This document shows positions 19,594 to 29,551 of a stretch of DNA of 64,000 nucleotides, in pieces (position 1 is the first letter of the stretch; each line of letters opens with the position of its first letter). The translations under genes were made by a program, and so were the position numbers. Source of the stretch: an uncultured Candidatus Saccharibacteria bacterium (GTDB lineage Bacteria; Patescibacteriota; Saccharimonadia; Saccharimonadales; JAGQNJ01); NCBI GenBank assembly GCA_964565615.1, contig CAZMFO010000001.1, forward strand, positions 19,513 to 83,512, written 5' to 3'. The notes beneath the pieces are model-generated. The model worked only from the letters and a program-made list of their open reading frames with translations. It was not told the DNA's origin and made no database searches.

Positions 19594-20193
19594 ATGGTAG
19601 ATATCTCAATAGAAGACATTAAGCGTTTGCGAGGACTAACAGGTGTTGGCATTACTGATGCAAAAAAAGCTTTAGTAGAGTCGCAGGGCAACTTTGATAA
19701 AGCACTTGAAGCAATGCGCAAGAAAGGCTTAACTAAAGCCGAAAAACGAGGTGAACGAGAGGCCCGTGCGGGTGTTATCGGAACATACAACCATGATAAT
19801 CGTATCGGTGTTCTAGTAGAGGTAAATTGCGAAACCGATTTTGTTGCTCGGAACGAGATTTTTACAGAACTTGTTAAAGATATTAGTATGCATATTGCCG
19901 CTAGTGCACCACAGTATATTAGTGAGCAAGATGTCCCAACAGAGGAACAAGAAAAAATTAAGTTAGAGCTTAGCGAAAAAGCAAGGGCGGAGGGTAAGCC
20001 AGAGCAGATGCTGGATAAAATTGTTGAAGGTATGCTTAAAAAGCATTTTGCCGAGCGTTGTCTGATGGATCAGCCATTTGTAAAAAATCCCGATCAAACA
20101 GTTCAAGATTTAGTTAAGGAGCATATTGCTAAATTGGGGGAGAATATAGTCGTTCGCCGTATTTGTAGGTTTCAGCTTGGTGAAGTAGAATAA
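19594..20193 (+). CDS. tsf: Elongation factor Ts (short form)
   Basis: IKRLRGLTGVGITDAKKALVESQGNFDKALEAMRKKG. Confidence 0.9.
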   Translation: MVDISIEDIKRLRGLTGVGITDAKKALVESQGNFDKALEAMRKKGLTKAEKRGEREARAGVIGTYNHDNRIGVLVEVNCETDFVARNEIFTELVKDISMHIAASAPQYISEQDVPTEEQEKIKLELSEKARAEGKPEQMLDKIVEGMLKKHFAERCLMDQPFVKNPDQTVQDLVKEHIAKLGENIVVRRICRFQLGEVE

Positions 20194-20256
20194 TTCTTTG
20201 TTACAAATCATCGCGATGTCTGATACAATATCTGTTAAATAACAGGGAGTATTTGT

Positions 20257-20820
20257 ATGGAAGTAGCACAGATAGTTAGTCAAACGCAAAACAAGCTTAC
20301 TGTGGCGATAGAAAGACTTAAAACGGAGTTATCAAAAATGCGAACCGGCCGAGCAAACTCGGCGATGTTGGACGGTGTAATGGTGGAGGCCTATGGTTCA
20401 CCAATGCCCTTAAATCAGTTAGCAAACATAACAGCACCAGAAGTTCAGCTACTGCAGATTACTCCCTTTGATCCAAATAACCTACAAGCTATTAGCACAG
20501 CAATAAGAGAGAACCAGTCTTTAGGGCTAAATCCTAGTGATGATGGCAGGGTAGTGCGGGTTCCGATCCCCCCATTAACAGAGGAGCGTCGCCGTGAAAT
20601 TACCAAGCAAGTTAGCGCCAAGCTAGAAGAAGCGATGATAGTAACTAGGGGAATTCGCCATGAGGCCATTGACGCAATTGAGCAAGCTAAAAAGAGTAAA
20701 GAAATAGGTGAGGATGAAGCCAAGCGATTTGTTTTGCAGGTGGAAGAGGCTATGGCTCGAACAAAAGCTCAGGCAGAATCAATAGAGAAAGAAAAAATTC
20801 AAGAAGTAATGACTGTATAA
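20257..20820 (+). CDS. frr: Ribosome recycling factor
   Basis: LSKMRTGRANSAMLDGVMVEAYGSPMPLNQLANI. Confidence 0.9.
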   Translation: MEVAQIVSQTQNKLTVAIERLKTELSKMRTGRANSAMLDGVMVEAYGSPMPLNQLANITAPEVQLLQITPFDPNNLQAISTAIRENQSLGLNPSDDGRVVRVPIPPLTEERRREITKQVSAKLEEAMIVTRGIRHEAIDAIEQAKKSKEIGEDEAKRFVLQVEEAMARTKAQAESIEKEKIQEVMTV

Positions 20821-20861
20821 GTCTGGTTTAGGATGGTTCTTTTAGAGTATAATATAGGCTA

Positions 20862-21560
20862 ATGGTTAAGCAAGAGTTATTAGTTCCCGAACATATCGGT
20901 ATTATCCTTGATGGCAATCGTAGGTGGGCAAAGAATCGTGGATTGCCAACCCTTGAAGGTCATAGGCAAGGGTCAGAAGTGTTTAAAGAGGTAGCACTAT
21001 CGGCATTTAATAATGGAGTAAAATATCTTAGTGCTTATGTATTCTCTACGGAAAACTGGACTCGCACCAAAGAAGAAGTTTCTTACTTAATGCAATTAAT
21101 TACAAAAGCTGTAGAAAAATATCTGGATGATTTTCATCAATATAATATAAAGATTCAAATTATCGGGCGGACCGATAGATTAAGCAAAAAAGTTCTGCAG
21201 GCAATTGATAAAACAGAGACTACGACAAAACATAATACAGGAGGGACTCTAATTATTTGTTTAGATTACGGTGGTCAGCAAGAAATAATTGACGCCACAA
21301 GACAGATAATAGATAGTAAAGTCCAAAGTCAAGCGGTTTCTAAGGAAATAATTGAGCAAAATTTGTATGCTCCAGAAGTTCCGGCAGTAGATTTGTTGAT
21401 TAGAACTTCTGGAGAGAAAAGGATCAGTGGGTTTATGTTGTGGAGATCCGCTTATGCTGAATTGTATTTTTCTGATAAGCTATGGCCAGACTACACAGCA
21501 GATGATCTAAACGAGGCGATAGTAGAATATAGTAAACGACAAAGGAGGTTCGGAAGTTAG
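20862..21560 (+). CDS. uppS: Undecaprenyl-diphosphate synthase
   Basis: HIGIILDGNRRWAK, ENWTR. Confidence 0.9.
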   Translation: MVKQELLVPEHIGIILDGNRRWAKNRGLPTLEGHRQGSEVFKEVALSAFNNGVKYLSAYVFSTENWTRTKEEVSYLMQLITKAVEKYLDDFHQYNIKIQIIGRTDRLSKKVLQAIDKTETTTKHNTGGTLIICLDYGGQQEIIDATRQIIDSKVQSQAVSKEIIEQNLYAPEVPAVDLLIRTSGEKRISGFMLWRSAYAELYFSDKLWPDYTADDLNEAIVEYSKRQRRFGS

Positions 21561-22685
21561 ATGTCATTGTTTTTGATATTTGTTGGATTTGTATTATTTG
21601 TGATGTTGGTAGTTGTTCACGAATTTGGGCATTTTATTATGGCGAGGCGCAATAATGTAGATGTTGAGGAGTTTGGCATTGGTTTTCCGCCCCGAATGTG
21701 GGGCAAGAAACTCAAAGGGGGTATGTGGTTTACCGTTAATTGGCTTCCTTTGGGAGGGTTTGTTCGGCTCAAAGGCGAACATGATGACGATAAAGAAAAG
21801 GGTAGTTATGGTGCAGCAAGTTTATGGGCAAAAACTAAGATAATCGGGGCAGGGGTGGCGATGAATCTGTTTGTTGCAGTCCTGATGTTTACCCTCCTGG
21901 CGTTATTCGGAATACCAAAACTGATTGATGATCAGTTTACAGTAGCTAGTGATACAAAAATTGTTAAAAATGAAGTGTTGGTTGGGGTGGTTGAAGATGA
22001 TTCGCCGGGTTCAAAAGCAGGGCTTATACAGCGCGATCGGCTTGTCTCAATTAGTAACGCACAGCTGTCTAAAGATGTAGTTAGCGCCTCTACTCTACCC
22101 GATATAACTAAAGAGTTCGCCGGCGAAACAGTAAAAATATCGTACATTAGGGATGGACAAACTAAAACAGCAGAGGTGAGGTTACGATCTGTTGAAGAGG
22201 TAGAATCCAGTAAAAAAACGGATAATCCAAAAGGATATTTAGGTATTGTTCCGGCAGAGTTTACACTACAGAGATCTACATGGTCGGCACCAATTGTCGG
22301 AGTTGGGGTTACGAAACAATTTACGGAGCTCACTTTAAAAGGGTTGGGTTCTATAGTCGTGGGGTTGTTTAGAGGAGACACTAAAGAAGCGACAAGTCAG
22401 GTTTCGGGGCCAATTGGAGTGTTTGTTTTGATAAAGGAGGGTAGTAAATTGGGTATTCAATTTATTTTGATGATTATTGCAGTGATATCATTAACCTTAG
22501 CCATAATGAATGTTTTGCCAATTCCGGCTCTTGATGGTGGACGATTATTTGTAACCTATCTGTATAGAGTGCTACGCAAACCCCTAACAGCTAAGGCAGA
22601 AGATGCCATTCATGGTACCGGTTTTGCTTTGTTGATGATACTTTTTGTCTTAATCTCGGTAGTTGATATTAAGAGATTCTTCTAA
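21561..22685 (+). CDS. rseP: Site-2 protease RseP (M50) with PDZ
   Basis: HEFGHFIMARR (HExxH). LDGG motif near the C-terminus. PDZ in the middle. Confidence 0.8.
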   Translation: MSLFLIFVGFVLFVMLVVVHEFGHFIMARRNNVDVEEFGIGFPPRMWGKKLKGGMWFTVNWLPLGGFVRLKGEHDDDKEKGSYGAASLWAKTKIIGAGVAMNLFVAVLMFTLLALFGIPKLIDDQFTVASDTKIVKNEVLVGVVEDDSPGSKAGLIQRDRLVSISNAQLSKDVVSASTLPDITKEFAGETVKISYIRDGQTKTAEVRLRSVEEVESSKKTDNPKGYLGIVPAEFTLQRSTWSAPIVGVGVTKQFTELTLKGLGSIVVGLFRGDTKEATSQVSGPIGVFVLIKEGSKLGIQFILMIIAVISLTLAIMNVLPIPALDGGRLFVTYLYRVLRKPLTAKAEDAIHGTGFALLMILFVLISVVDIKRFF

Positions 22686-22687
22686 CT

Positions 22688-23470
22688 ATGACAAAAGAGT
22701 TAAATGACTTGCCAGTGGAGGTTATCCGAAAGCACCGACTATTAAATAATCCTGTGGTTGTCGTACTAAGTACAATCGGTCTTTTTTTTGGAGCACAGGT
22801 TGTTGCTAGCTCTATTGTTTTGTTAGCATTATTGCTTGGTCAACAATATACACAGATTATTGACTGGATTGAAGGGACGGCTTTCCCGACATTTGTTTTT
22901 GTATTAATTTCGGATATCTTGATAGTACTGGGTGTTATCAAGCTCTTAAAAGTTAAAGGCTGGAAGTTAAAAAACATTGGCTTAGCTAAGCCTCAAAAAA
23001 GTGATGTCGGCAGAGCAATAGTAGGTTATTTGGTTTATCTCATTACCTTTATTTTTATATCTATTGTTATCAAAAAGTTAGTACCGTCGCTAGATCTTGA
23101 ACAAGATCAGCAACTGGGATTTGATGCACATAATAAGAGTGTGGTAAATATTCTTTTATCAGGCGTTAGTTTAGTGATTTTGCCACCTATTGCCGAAGAG
23201 ATACTGTGTCGGGGGTATTTGTATAGTAGCCTAAAAATCAGGTACAGAAAGGTTGTATCAGCGATAATAACAAGCGGAGTATTTGCTATGGCTCATCTTC
23301 AGTTTGGTAGTAATGCCCCTTTGCTTTGGATAGCCGGGCTGGACACATTTATATTATCTTTAGTGCTAGTAGATTTACGAGAGAGAACGGGGCGATTAGT
23401 GGCACCTATGATTATTCATTGTATTAAAAACTTAGTAGCTTTTAGCGCACTCTTTTTATTGACAACTTAG
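22688..23470 (+). CDS. CPBP-family (CAAX protease / Abi) intramembrane metalloprotease
   Basis: EEILCRGYLY, FAMAHL, polytopic. Confidence 0.7.
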   Translation: MTKELNDLPVEVIRKHRLLNNPVVVVLSTIGLFFGAQVVASSIVLLALLLGQQYTQIIDWIEGTAFPTFVFVLISDILIVLGVIKLLKVKGWKLKNIGLAKPQKSDVGRAIVGYLVYLITFIFISIVIKKLVPSLDLEQDQQLGFDAHNKSVVNILLSGVSLVILPPIAEEILCRGYLYSSLKIRYRKVVSAIITSGVFAMAHLQFGSNAPLLWIAGLDTFILSLVLVDLRERTGRLVAPMIIHCIKNLVAFSALFLLTT

Positions 23471-23527
23471 TAATTGGACTACACTGGTGTATAATTATCT
23501 GCTAGATTAAATTAAGATGTTAAAAAA

Positions 23528-23878
23528 ATGATAAATGAGTTTGAGAGCTCGGGATATGAGAATCTATCAAGACTGAACAAAGAGGTTGAGCAATGTTTTG
23601 TACTGGACGAAAATATGGTGGTCAAAATAGCTGAGTGTGTTGCCGTGGCTTCGCAGTACGAGTTAGATAGGCGTATTCACTACTTGGCAACGATGAAGCA
23701 TCCGGGATTAAAGCAACAGATAGCCGAATCGATATGTGGTGGGGATCAACAAGAGCTAGCCGGGTTGGTAGAGACAGCTCAGAGGCAGGCGATTATCGGC
23801 ACAGAGCTTCGTTTTTGCCGAAAAGCAGTGTCGCAAATTATGTATCGCAACCGATACGAAATTGGCGATAGGGGTTAA
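23528..23878 (+). CDS. Hypothetical protein (116 aa)
   Basis: ORF only; no recognizable motif. Confidence 0.4.
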   Translation: MINEFESSGYENLSRLNKEVEQCFVLDENMVVKIAECVAVASQYELDRRIHYLATMKHPGLKQQIAESICGGDQQELAGLVETAQRQAIIGTELRFCRKAVSQIMYRNRYEIGDRG

Positions 23879-23916
23879 TAGTTGTATAATCAGGGTGGTA
23901 TAAGATTTTTTCAAAT

Positions 23917-25170
23917 ATGAGATACTCACAGATATTTACAAAAACACGCAAGGATGTTCCATCCGACGAAACGGCACGAAATGCTCAATTATTGATACAG
24001 GCAGGCTATGTTCATAAAGAGATGGCCGGTGTCTATGCTTATTTGCCACTAGGATTGAGAGTGATTGAAAAAATTAAAACTATTATTAGAGAGGAAATGA
24101 ACGCTATTAAGGGGCAAGAGCTATTAATGACCAACCTGCAGTCGCAAGATGTTTGGGAATCTACAACAAGGTGGGACGATACAGTCGTAGATATTTGGTT
24201 TAAAACAAAACTAAAGGACGAAACTGATGTGGGGCTGGCATGGTCGCACGAGGAGCCGATCTTACGAATGGTTCAACAACATATCAAAAGTTATAAAGAT
24301 CTACCAGTTAGTGTTTATCAATTTCAGACTAAGCTCCGCAATGAGCTTCGGGCAAAAAGTGGAGTTATGCGGGGCCGTGAGTTTTTAATGAAGGATATGT
24401 ATTCTTTACACAGAACCGCAGAAGATCTAGACAGATATTATCAGATGGTTAGTGATGCCTATGAACGAATTTTTAGCAGATTAGGTATTGGTGATACGAC
24501 TTATGTTACTTTTGCCAGCGGAGGGGCATTTACCAAGTTTAGTCACGAGTTTCAGACAATTTGCGATGCCGGCGAGGATATTTTATACATTCATAAAGAA
24601 AAGAATATCGCTGTCAACGAAGAGGTTCTAGACGAGGCAATTAAAGAACTTGGAATAGAAAAAAGTGAACTTAAAAAAACCAAAAGCGCCGAAGTTGGTA
24701 ACATATTTAACTTTGGAATAGATAAGTCCAAACAAATGGGTATAACATTTACTGATGAGAACGGCGAAAACAAACCCCTTTATCTTGCCTCTTATGGTAT
24801 TGGTGTAAGCAGGGTGATGGGAGTGATTGTTGAGAAGTTTTCTGACGAAAGAGGATTAGTTTGGCCAGATAATATCTCACCTTTTAAGATAGTAATCTGC
24901 CAGTTAGGGGACGATAGCAAAGTGGCAAAAAAGGCCGAAGATCTATTTAACCAGTTACAAAAAATGGGAGTAGAAGTATTGTTTGATGATCGCGATGTTC
25001 GCCCCGGAGAAAAGTTTGCCGACGCAGATTTGCTAGGGATACCTCATCGAATTGTTATTAGCCAAAAGACGGTATCAAATCAAGTAATTGAGTACAAAAA
25101 AAGAACAAGAGCAGATGTAGAAATCATTGCCGAAAAAGATATGAATAATGTACTAGATTCTATTGTCTAA
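23917..25170 (+). CDS. proS: Prolyl-tRNA synthetase, compact form without an insertion/editing domain
   Basis: SQIFTKTRKDVPSDETARNAQLLIQAGYVHKEMAGVYAYLPLGLRV matches the ProRS N-terminus. Class II motifs. 417 aa. Confidence 0.85.
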   Translation: MRYSQIFTKTRKDVPSDETARNAQLLIQAGYVHKEMAGVYAYLPLGLRVIEKIKTIIREEMNAIKGQELLMTNLQSQDVWESTTRWDDTVVDIWFKTKLKDETDVGLAWSHEEPILRMVQQHIKSYKDLPVSVYQFQTKLRNELRAKSGVMRGREFLMKDMYSLHRTAEDLDRYYQMVSDAYERIFSRLGIGDTTYVTFASGGAFTKFSHEFQTICDAGEDILYIHKEKNIAVNEEVLDEAIKELGIEKSELKKTKSAEVGNIFNFGIDKSKQMGITFTDENGENKPLYLASYGIGVSRVMGVIVEKFSDERGLVWPDNISPFKIVICQLGDDSKVAKKAEDLFNQLQKMGVEVLFDDRDVRPGEKFADADLLGIPHRIVISQKTVSNQVIEYKKRTRADVEIIAEKDMNNVLDSIV

Positions 25171-25191
25171 GGTTGCTATAATACAGCGACT

Positions 25192-25228
25192 CACCGTAAA
25201 CAATAAGACTGCTTTAATGTTTGCGGTG
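25192..25228 (+). promoter_or_regulatory. 11-bp hairpin (CACCGTAAACA / TGTTTGCGGTG) between proS and greA, downstream of a TGCTATAAT -10-like box
   Basis: Inverted repeat read directly. No U-tract. Confidence 0.25.
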
Positions 25229-25257
25229 ATATTAAATAACAGATATAAGGATGGTAT

Positions 25258-25719
25258 ATGAAGAAACAATTCCATTTAACCAAAGAAGGTGTTGCCGAAC
25301 TTAAAGTTGAACTTAAAACCTTAATTGGTCAACGAGGATCCATTGCCGAGAGAATTAAAACAGCTCGTGAGTTTGGTGACATTGCCGAAAATGCCGAGTA
25401 CGATTCGGCTCGTAATGAACAAGCCCAGAACGAAAGCCGTATTGCCGAGATAGAGAATATCCTGCAAAATGTTAAGCTAATTACTAAACCTAAGGGTGAT
25501 AGCAAGGTACAGCTAGGTTCTGTAGTTGAGTTATTAAGTGAAGCCGGTCAAAAAAGGCAGTTCCAGATTGTTGGTACTGTTGAGGCAGATCCAATAAACG
25601 GCAAGATATCTGACGAATCGCCCATCGGTAAAGCATTAATTGGTAAAAAAGAAAACGAGGCAGTAGAGATTGTTACACCAATAGATACGACTACCTATAG
25701 GATAGTTGATATTAAATAA
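25258..25719 (+). CDS. greA: Transcription elongation factor GreA
   Basis: LTKEGVAELKVEL ... AREFGDIAENAEYDSARNEQ. Confidence 0.9.
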   Translation: MKKQFHLTKEGVAELKVELKTLIGQRGSIAERIKTAREFGDIAENAEYDSARNEQAQNESRIAEIENILQNVKLITKPKGDSKVQLGSVVELLSEAGQKRQFQIVGTVEADPINGKISDESPIGKALIGKKENEAVEIVTPIDTTTYRIVDIK

Positions 25720-25834
25720 TTTGTCGTGAGCCAGTAAACTAAAGAGAGTAGAAGAATGATAACATCACAATTACAGTCACTATCAAAGTACAAGCTTCGG
25801 TCGTAAATACCGGAGCCCTCTAGATATTTATAAA

Positions 25835-25876
25835 AACTTCCCGGGTATTTGCGACTAACCTAGTGCGGGAAGTTTT
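25835..25876 (+). terminator. 9-bp perfect hairpin (AACTTCCCG ... CGGGAAGTT) followed by TTT, downstream of greA
   Basis: Read directly. The 22-nt loop makes it atypical. Confidence 0.35.
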
Positions 25877-25896
25877 ACATATTTAAAGGAGATATT

Positions 25897-26208
25897 ATGG
25901 AAAGAAACGAGTTTTTAAAAAGATGTGATGAGATTATTGCTATGTCATTTGATGAGGCACTTGCAGAGAGTAGTCAGATGACACAACAAGAAAGACAGCC
26001 GATTTTTACAATTTTTGGTAGGTCAGAAGATGTAGCCAGTATATTTTGGAAGGAGTCAGTACACAAAATTGACGAGGGCGATGTTTTGGCCCCCCATATA
26101 ATTACCCAGCAGGGCGTTAGTTTGCTTGGTTTAGCTATTTGGCGAAATATAGAGCTAGAACCTCTGTATGATAGAGATGTTCAAGAAATGGCAGAGATTT
26201 CTTCGTAA
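25897..26208 (+). CDS. Hypothetical protein (103 aa)
   Basis: Good SD AAAGGAGA. No motif. Confidence 0.4.
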   Translation: MERNEFLKRCDEIIAMSFDEALAESSQMTQQERQPIFTIFGRSEDVASIFWKESVHKIDEGDVLAPHIITQQGVSLLGLAIWRNIELEPLYDRDVQEMAEISS

Positions 26209-26227
26209 GTCGAGTATAATAGAAACG

Positions 26228-27748
26228 ATGGCAAATCTAAAAGAACTAAGAGATGAACGATTACGAAAGCTAACAGAAATAAAAAAGCTGGGTATCCAAC
26301 CGTACCCAGCTAGGTCTAGCAGGACTAATTGTATAGAAGAGATAACATCGGGTTTTGATGCTTTAAAGAATAAAAGCGTTACGCTGGCGGGGAGGCTAAT
26401 TAGTACAAGAAAGTTTGGGAAAATAGCCTTTTTTGTACTAAAAGATAACTCAGGACAGATACAGCTTTTTCTTAAACACGATTTGGTTGAACCTTTGAGC
26501 TCTGGTGGTTCCAGTATTGGTTTTGAAAACATTAATCTGCTTGATCCGGGTGATTTTATTGAAGCTAGTGGTCGGGTAATAAAGACGCAAACTAACGAAA
26601 TATCAATAGAAGTTAAGACCCTGCGCTTACTGACAAAATCACTTCGTCCAATGCCAACTATACAGGATGGATTTACCAACAAAGAAGAGAGGTTACGACG
26701 GCGATATATTGATATGAATGTCAATATAGGCGTTAAGGAGCGATTTGTCCGACGGAGTAAGTTCTGGCAAGCGACCCGTGACTTTTTAAATAAAAATGGC
26801 TTTACAGAAATCAATATACCTGTCCTTGAACATACTGCTGGCGGTGCTGACGCCAACCCATTTGTAACTCATATGGATGCCCTAGATCAGGACTTTTATC
26901 TTCGTATTAGTCATGAGTTGCCTTTAAAAAGATTACTTGGGGCAGGTTTTGAGAAAGTTTACGACATTGGACCTCGGTTTAGGAACGAGAACTACTCCGA
27001 CGAGCATTTACCAGAACATATAGCTATGGAGTGGTACTGGGCATATGCAGACTGGCAACAGGGGATGGATTTTACTCAAAGATTTATCAGATATATTGCT
27101 GATACTACTTGGGGGAAGCGAAGGTTTACTCTGGCTAACGGACAAGTGGTAGATTTGGGTAGCGATGAAACGAACTGGCCAAGAGTTAGTTTTGTTAAGT
27201 TAATCAAGGACAGATATGGGTTAGATGTGTTTGACTGTAGTCTAGAGTCAGCGGTTGAGCAGTTGAAGAAAATTGGGGGCGAGGTAGAAAAGATAGACAA
27301 TCGTTCTCGGGTTATTGATAAGCTCTGGAAGAAAATACGGGTAGAGATTGAAGGTCCGGCCTTTTTGATTGATGTACCTGATTTTCTCCAGCCACTAGCA
27401 AAATTACAGGCTAACGATACTAGACTCACAGAGCAGTTTAATCTATTGTTGGGTGGGACAGAGGCTTGCAAAGCTTACAGCGAACTCAATGATCCAGTAG
27501 ATCAACTGGGCAGATTTAAAGAGCAACAAACAATGCGAGATGCGGGTGATAACGAGGCAATGATGATGGATATAGACTTTATTGAAATGCTAGAATACGG
27601 TATGCCTCCTGCTTGTGGTTATGGTCATTCTGAACGACTCTTTTGGATGCTAGAAGGTGTTACGGCGCGTGAGGGAGTGCCGTTTCCTCAACTTCGGGCA
27701 GAGATTGATGAAGTAACCAAGAACATCTATAAGGACATTAGGCTGTAA
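26228..27748 (+). CDS. lysS: Lysyl-tRNA synthetase, class II
   Basis: MANLKELRDERLRKLTEIKKLGIQPYP N-terminus, OB anticodon-binding domain, class II core. Start at ATG 26228; the track start is further upstream. Confidence 0.9.
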   Translation: MANLKELRDERLRKLTEIKKLGIQPYPARSSRTNCIEEITSGFDALKNKSVTLAGRLISTRKFGKIAFFVLKDNSGQIQLFLKHDLVEPLSSGGSSIGFENINLLDPGDFIEASGRVIKTQTNEISIEVKTLRLLTKSLRPMPTIQDGFTNKEERLRRRYIDMNVNIGVKERFVRRSKFWQATRDFLNKNGFTEINIPVLEHTAGGADANPFVTHMDALDQDFYLRISHELPLKRLLGAGFEKVYDIGPRFRNENYSDEHLPEHIAMEWYWAYADWQQGMDFTQRFIRYIADTTWGKRRFTLANGQVVDLGSDETNWPRVSFVKLIKDRYGLDVFDCSLESAVEQLKKIGGEVEKIDNRSRVIDKLWKKIRVEIEGPAFLIDVPDFLQPLAKLQANDTRLTEQFNLLLGGTEACKAYSELNDPVDQLGRFKEQQTMRDAGDNEAMMMDIDFIEMLEYGMPPACGYGHSERLFWMLEGVTAREGVPFPQLRAEIDEVTKNIYKDIRL

Positions 27749-27803
27749 ATAGCACATTTCTTGCTCTGATGGTAGAGGTTCCTTGTGATACAATAGAGAA
27801 ATA

Positions 27804-28046
27804 ATGTTTAATGAGCAGTTTATCAGCGATCATATTTGGCTCTTTCTGGGTATCTTGTTTACAGATTATCTCTTAAAGGCAATTGCGTTGTGGGTTGCCG
27901 CGCGAAAAAACTCAAAAGTATGGTTTATATTATTGTTCTTGCTAAATACTATCGGTATACTACCTCTGTTTTATCTTTTTTACTTTAGTAAAAAAGAAGA
28001 TTCTACAAAGGATATTGCCGATAATTCTACCAAAGAGCCAAGCTAA
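27804..28046 (+). CDS. Small two-TM membrane protein, PLDc_N-like
   Basis: FILLFLLNTIGILPLFYLFYF pattern. 80 aa. Preceded by a TGaTACAAT -10 box. Confidence 0.35.
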   Translation: MFNEQFISDHIWLFLGILFTDYLLKAIALWVAARKNSKVWFILLFLLNTIGILPLFYLFYFSKKEDSTKDIADNSTKEPS

Positions 28047-28059
28047 TAAAAGGATAAGT

Positions 28060-28869
28060 ATGTTAAATAAATCTAAAAAGATATCAAAACATAAAAAACA
28101 AGTAACGAGCGAACCAAAAGCCAAAAGAGTACATTTATTTTTAGCATTTTTTTATGCTGTTCAAGCTAGTTTATTGACGCTTTTCGCTTCTACTCGTCAG
28201 TATTCTTTAGTTACAAACTATCTGGTTAAAGATCCACTTATTAGCACCAACAATAATACTGTTTTAGTATCGGCGACAAAAACAGTTGTTGATGTTAGCC
28301 TAGCCAATGTTCTTTTGGCTATTTTGTTATTTGCTGTTTTTTATCATCTATTTCTTGCCACATTGCTGAAGAAGCGTAGTGCAGTGCAGATCAAGGCGGG
28401 AGTCAATAAATATCATTGGCTTGATGTAGCTATTAGTAATTCTTTAATTGTTTTTGCTCTTTGTTTGATGTTTGGGATTTTTGATCTGGTAGCCATCTTG
28501 ATGCTAATTGCTTTGAGTATAGTATTTGCTTGCGCAGGTGTGATAACAGAGGACACAAAAGCAACTCAAAAGGTCTTAAACCGTCAGGCTTTCTTTTTGG
28601 GATGGGGTAGCTGGTTGGTTTCTTGGTTGGTGTTTGCTATAAGTATCTGGAATAGCTTAGTAATTGGCGGTAGTCAATTTAGCTTGTACACCTATCTTTC
28701 GGCTCTAGTGGTACTACTATCGGGGTGTATTTTACTGCTTGGGCTGTATTATTCTGTTGTTAGGCAGGGGAAGTGGGCTAATTATAACTTTGTAACAAAA
28801 CGCTATTTAGTGTTAAGTGTTGCAACAAAAGTACTGTTGGTTTGGTTGGTGTTTGCGAGCTTATCGTAG
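28060..28869 (+). CDS. Polytopic membrane protein, hypothetical
   Basis: Multiple TM helices. SD AAAGGA before ATG 28060. Confidence 0.45.
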   Translation: MLNKSKKISKHKKQVTSEPKAKRVHLFLAFFYAVQASLLTLFASTRQYSLVTNYLVKDPLISTNNNTVLVSATKTVVDVSLANVLLAILLFAVFYHLFLATLLKKRSAVQIKAGVNKYHWLDVAISNSLIVFALCLMFGIFDLVAILMLIALSIVFACAGVITEDTKATQKVLNRQAFFLGWGSWLVSWLVFAISIWNSLVIGGSQFSLYTYLSALVVLLSGCILLLGLYYSVVRQGKWANYNFVTKRYLVLSVATKVLLVWLVFASLS

Positions 28870-28936
28870 GGTTTGTTAAAAGTAAGACATCACAAAACAA
28901 ATTAGTGTTATGGAATGACCTCTGTATAATAGACTT

Positions 28937-29551
28937 ATGAAGTATGTGATTTTTGATTTTGACGGCACCCTAGCAGATAGTCTGCCGATAGTGATTGACA
29001 TTGCAAAAAACGCTTTCAATATAAAAATTAACAATAATCAGATAGAGAAATACAGAAATATGACAGCCAAGCAAGTCCTAAAAGAGGCCGGTATTCCGAT
29101 CTACAAAGTGCCTGGATTGCTTGTTAAAGGTCGCCCTTTGTTGCAAAAAAGAATGCCTGATGTCCAGATGTTTCCGGAGTTGTTGGAGGTTATTGAGTTT
29201 TTGCATAAAAAAGGCCATAGTCTTTATGTGGTTAGCTCAAATAGTGCCGGGATAATTAATCAGTTTTTAGAGAACTATCGTGTTCGGCAGTATTTTAGGG
29301 GCGTTTATGGTAATGTTGGAGTTTTTAGTAAGGCACAGGCATTAAAGAAAGTGATCAAGCGGGAGGGCCTGGCGTTAAACGACGCAGTTTATGTAGGGGA
29401 TGAAGTTAGAGACATTGAGGCATCAAAAAAAATCGGGTTACCGATAATTAGTGTAACTTGGGGCTATAACGGTAAAGAGGTTTTATCTAACTATCATCCA
29501 GATTATATGGTCAATAAAGCCAAAGATCTCCTAAAGATAATAAATGGATAA
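28937..29551 (+). CDS. HAD-superfamily hydrolase (subfamily IA, phosphatase-like)
   Basis: FDFDGTLADS (motif I). VGDEVRDIEA (motif IV). Confidence 0.8.
   Translation: MKYVIFDFDGTLADSLPIVIDIAKNAFNIKINNNQIEKYRNMTAKQVLKEAGIPIYKVPGLLVKGRPLLQKRMPDVQMFPELLEVIEFLHKKGHSLYVVSSNSAGIINQFLENYRVRQYFRGVYGNVGVFSKAQALKKVIKREGLALNDAVYVGDEVRDIEASKKIGLPIISVTWGYNGKEVLSNYHPDYMVNKAKDLLKIING

Noticed and set aside
26155-26856. 233-aa minus-strand ORF
   Set aside because: It lies wholly antisense to the well-supported lysS and the hypothetical 25897 gene, and has no motif or SD. Treated as a spurious antisense ORF. The same applies to 21932-22381, 4621-5043, 41489-41821 and 46184-46492.
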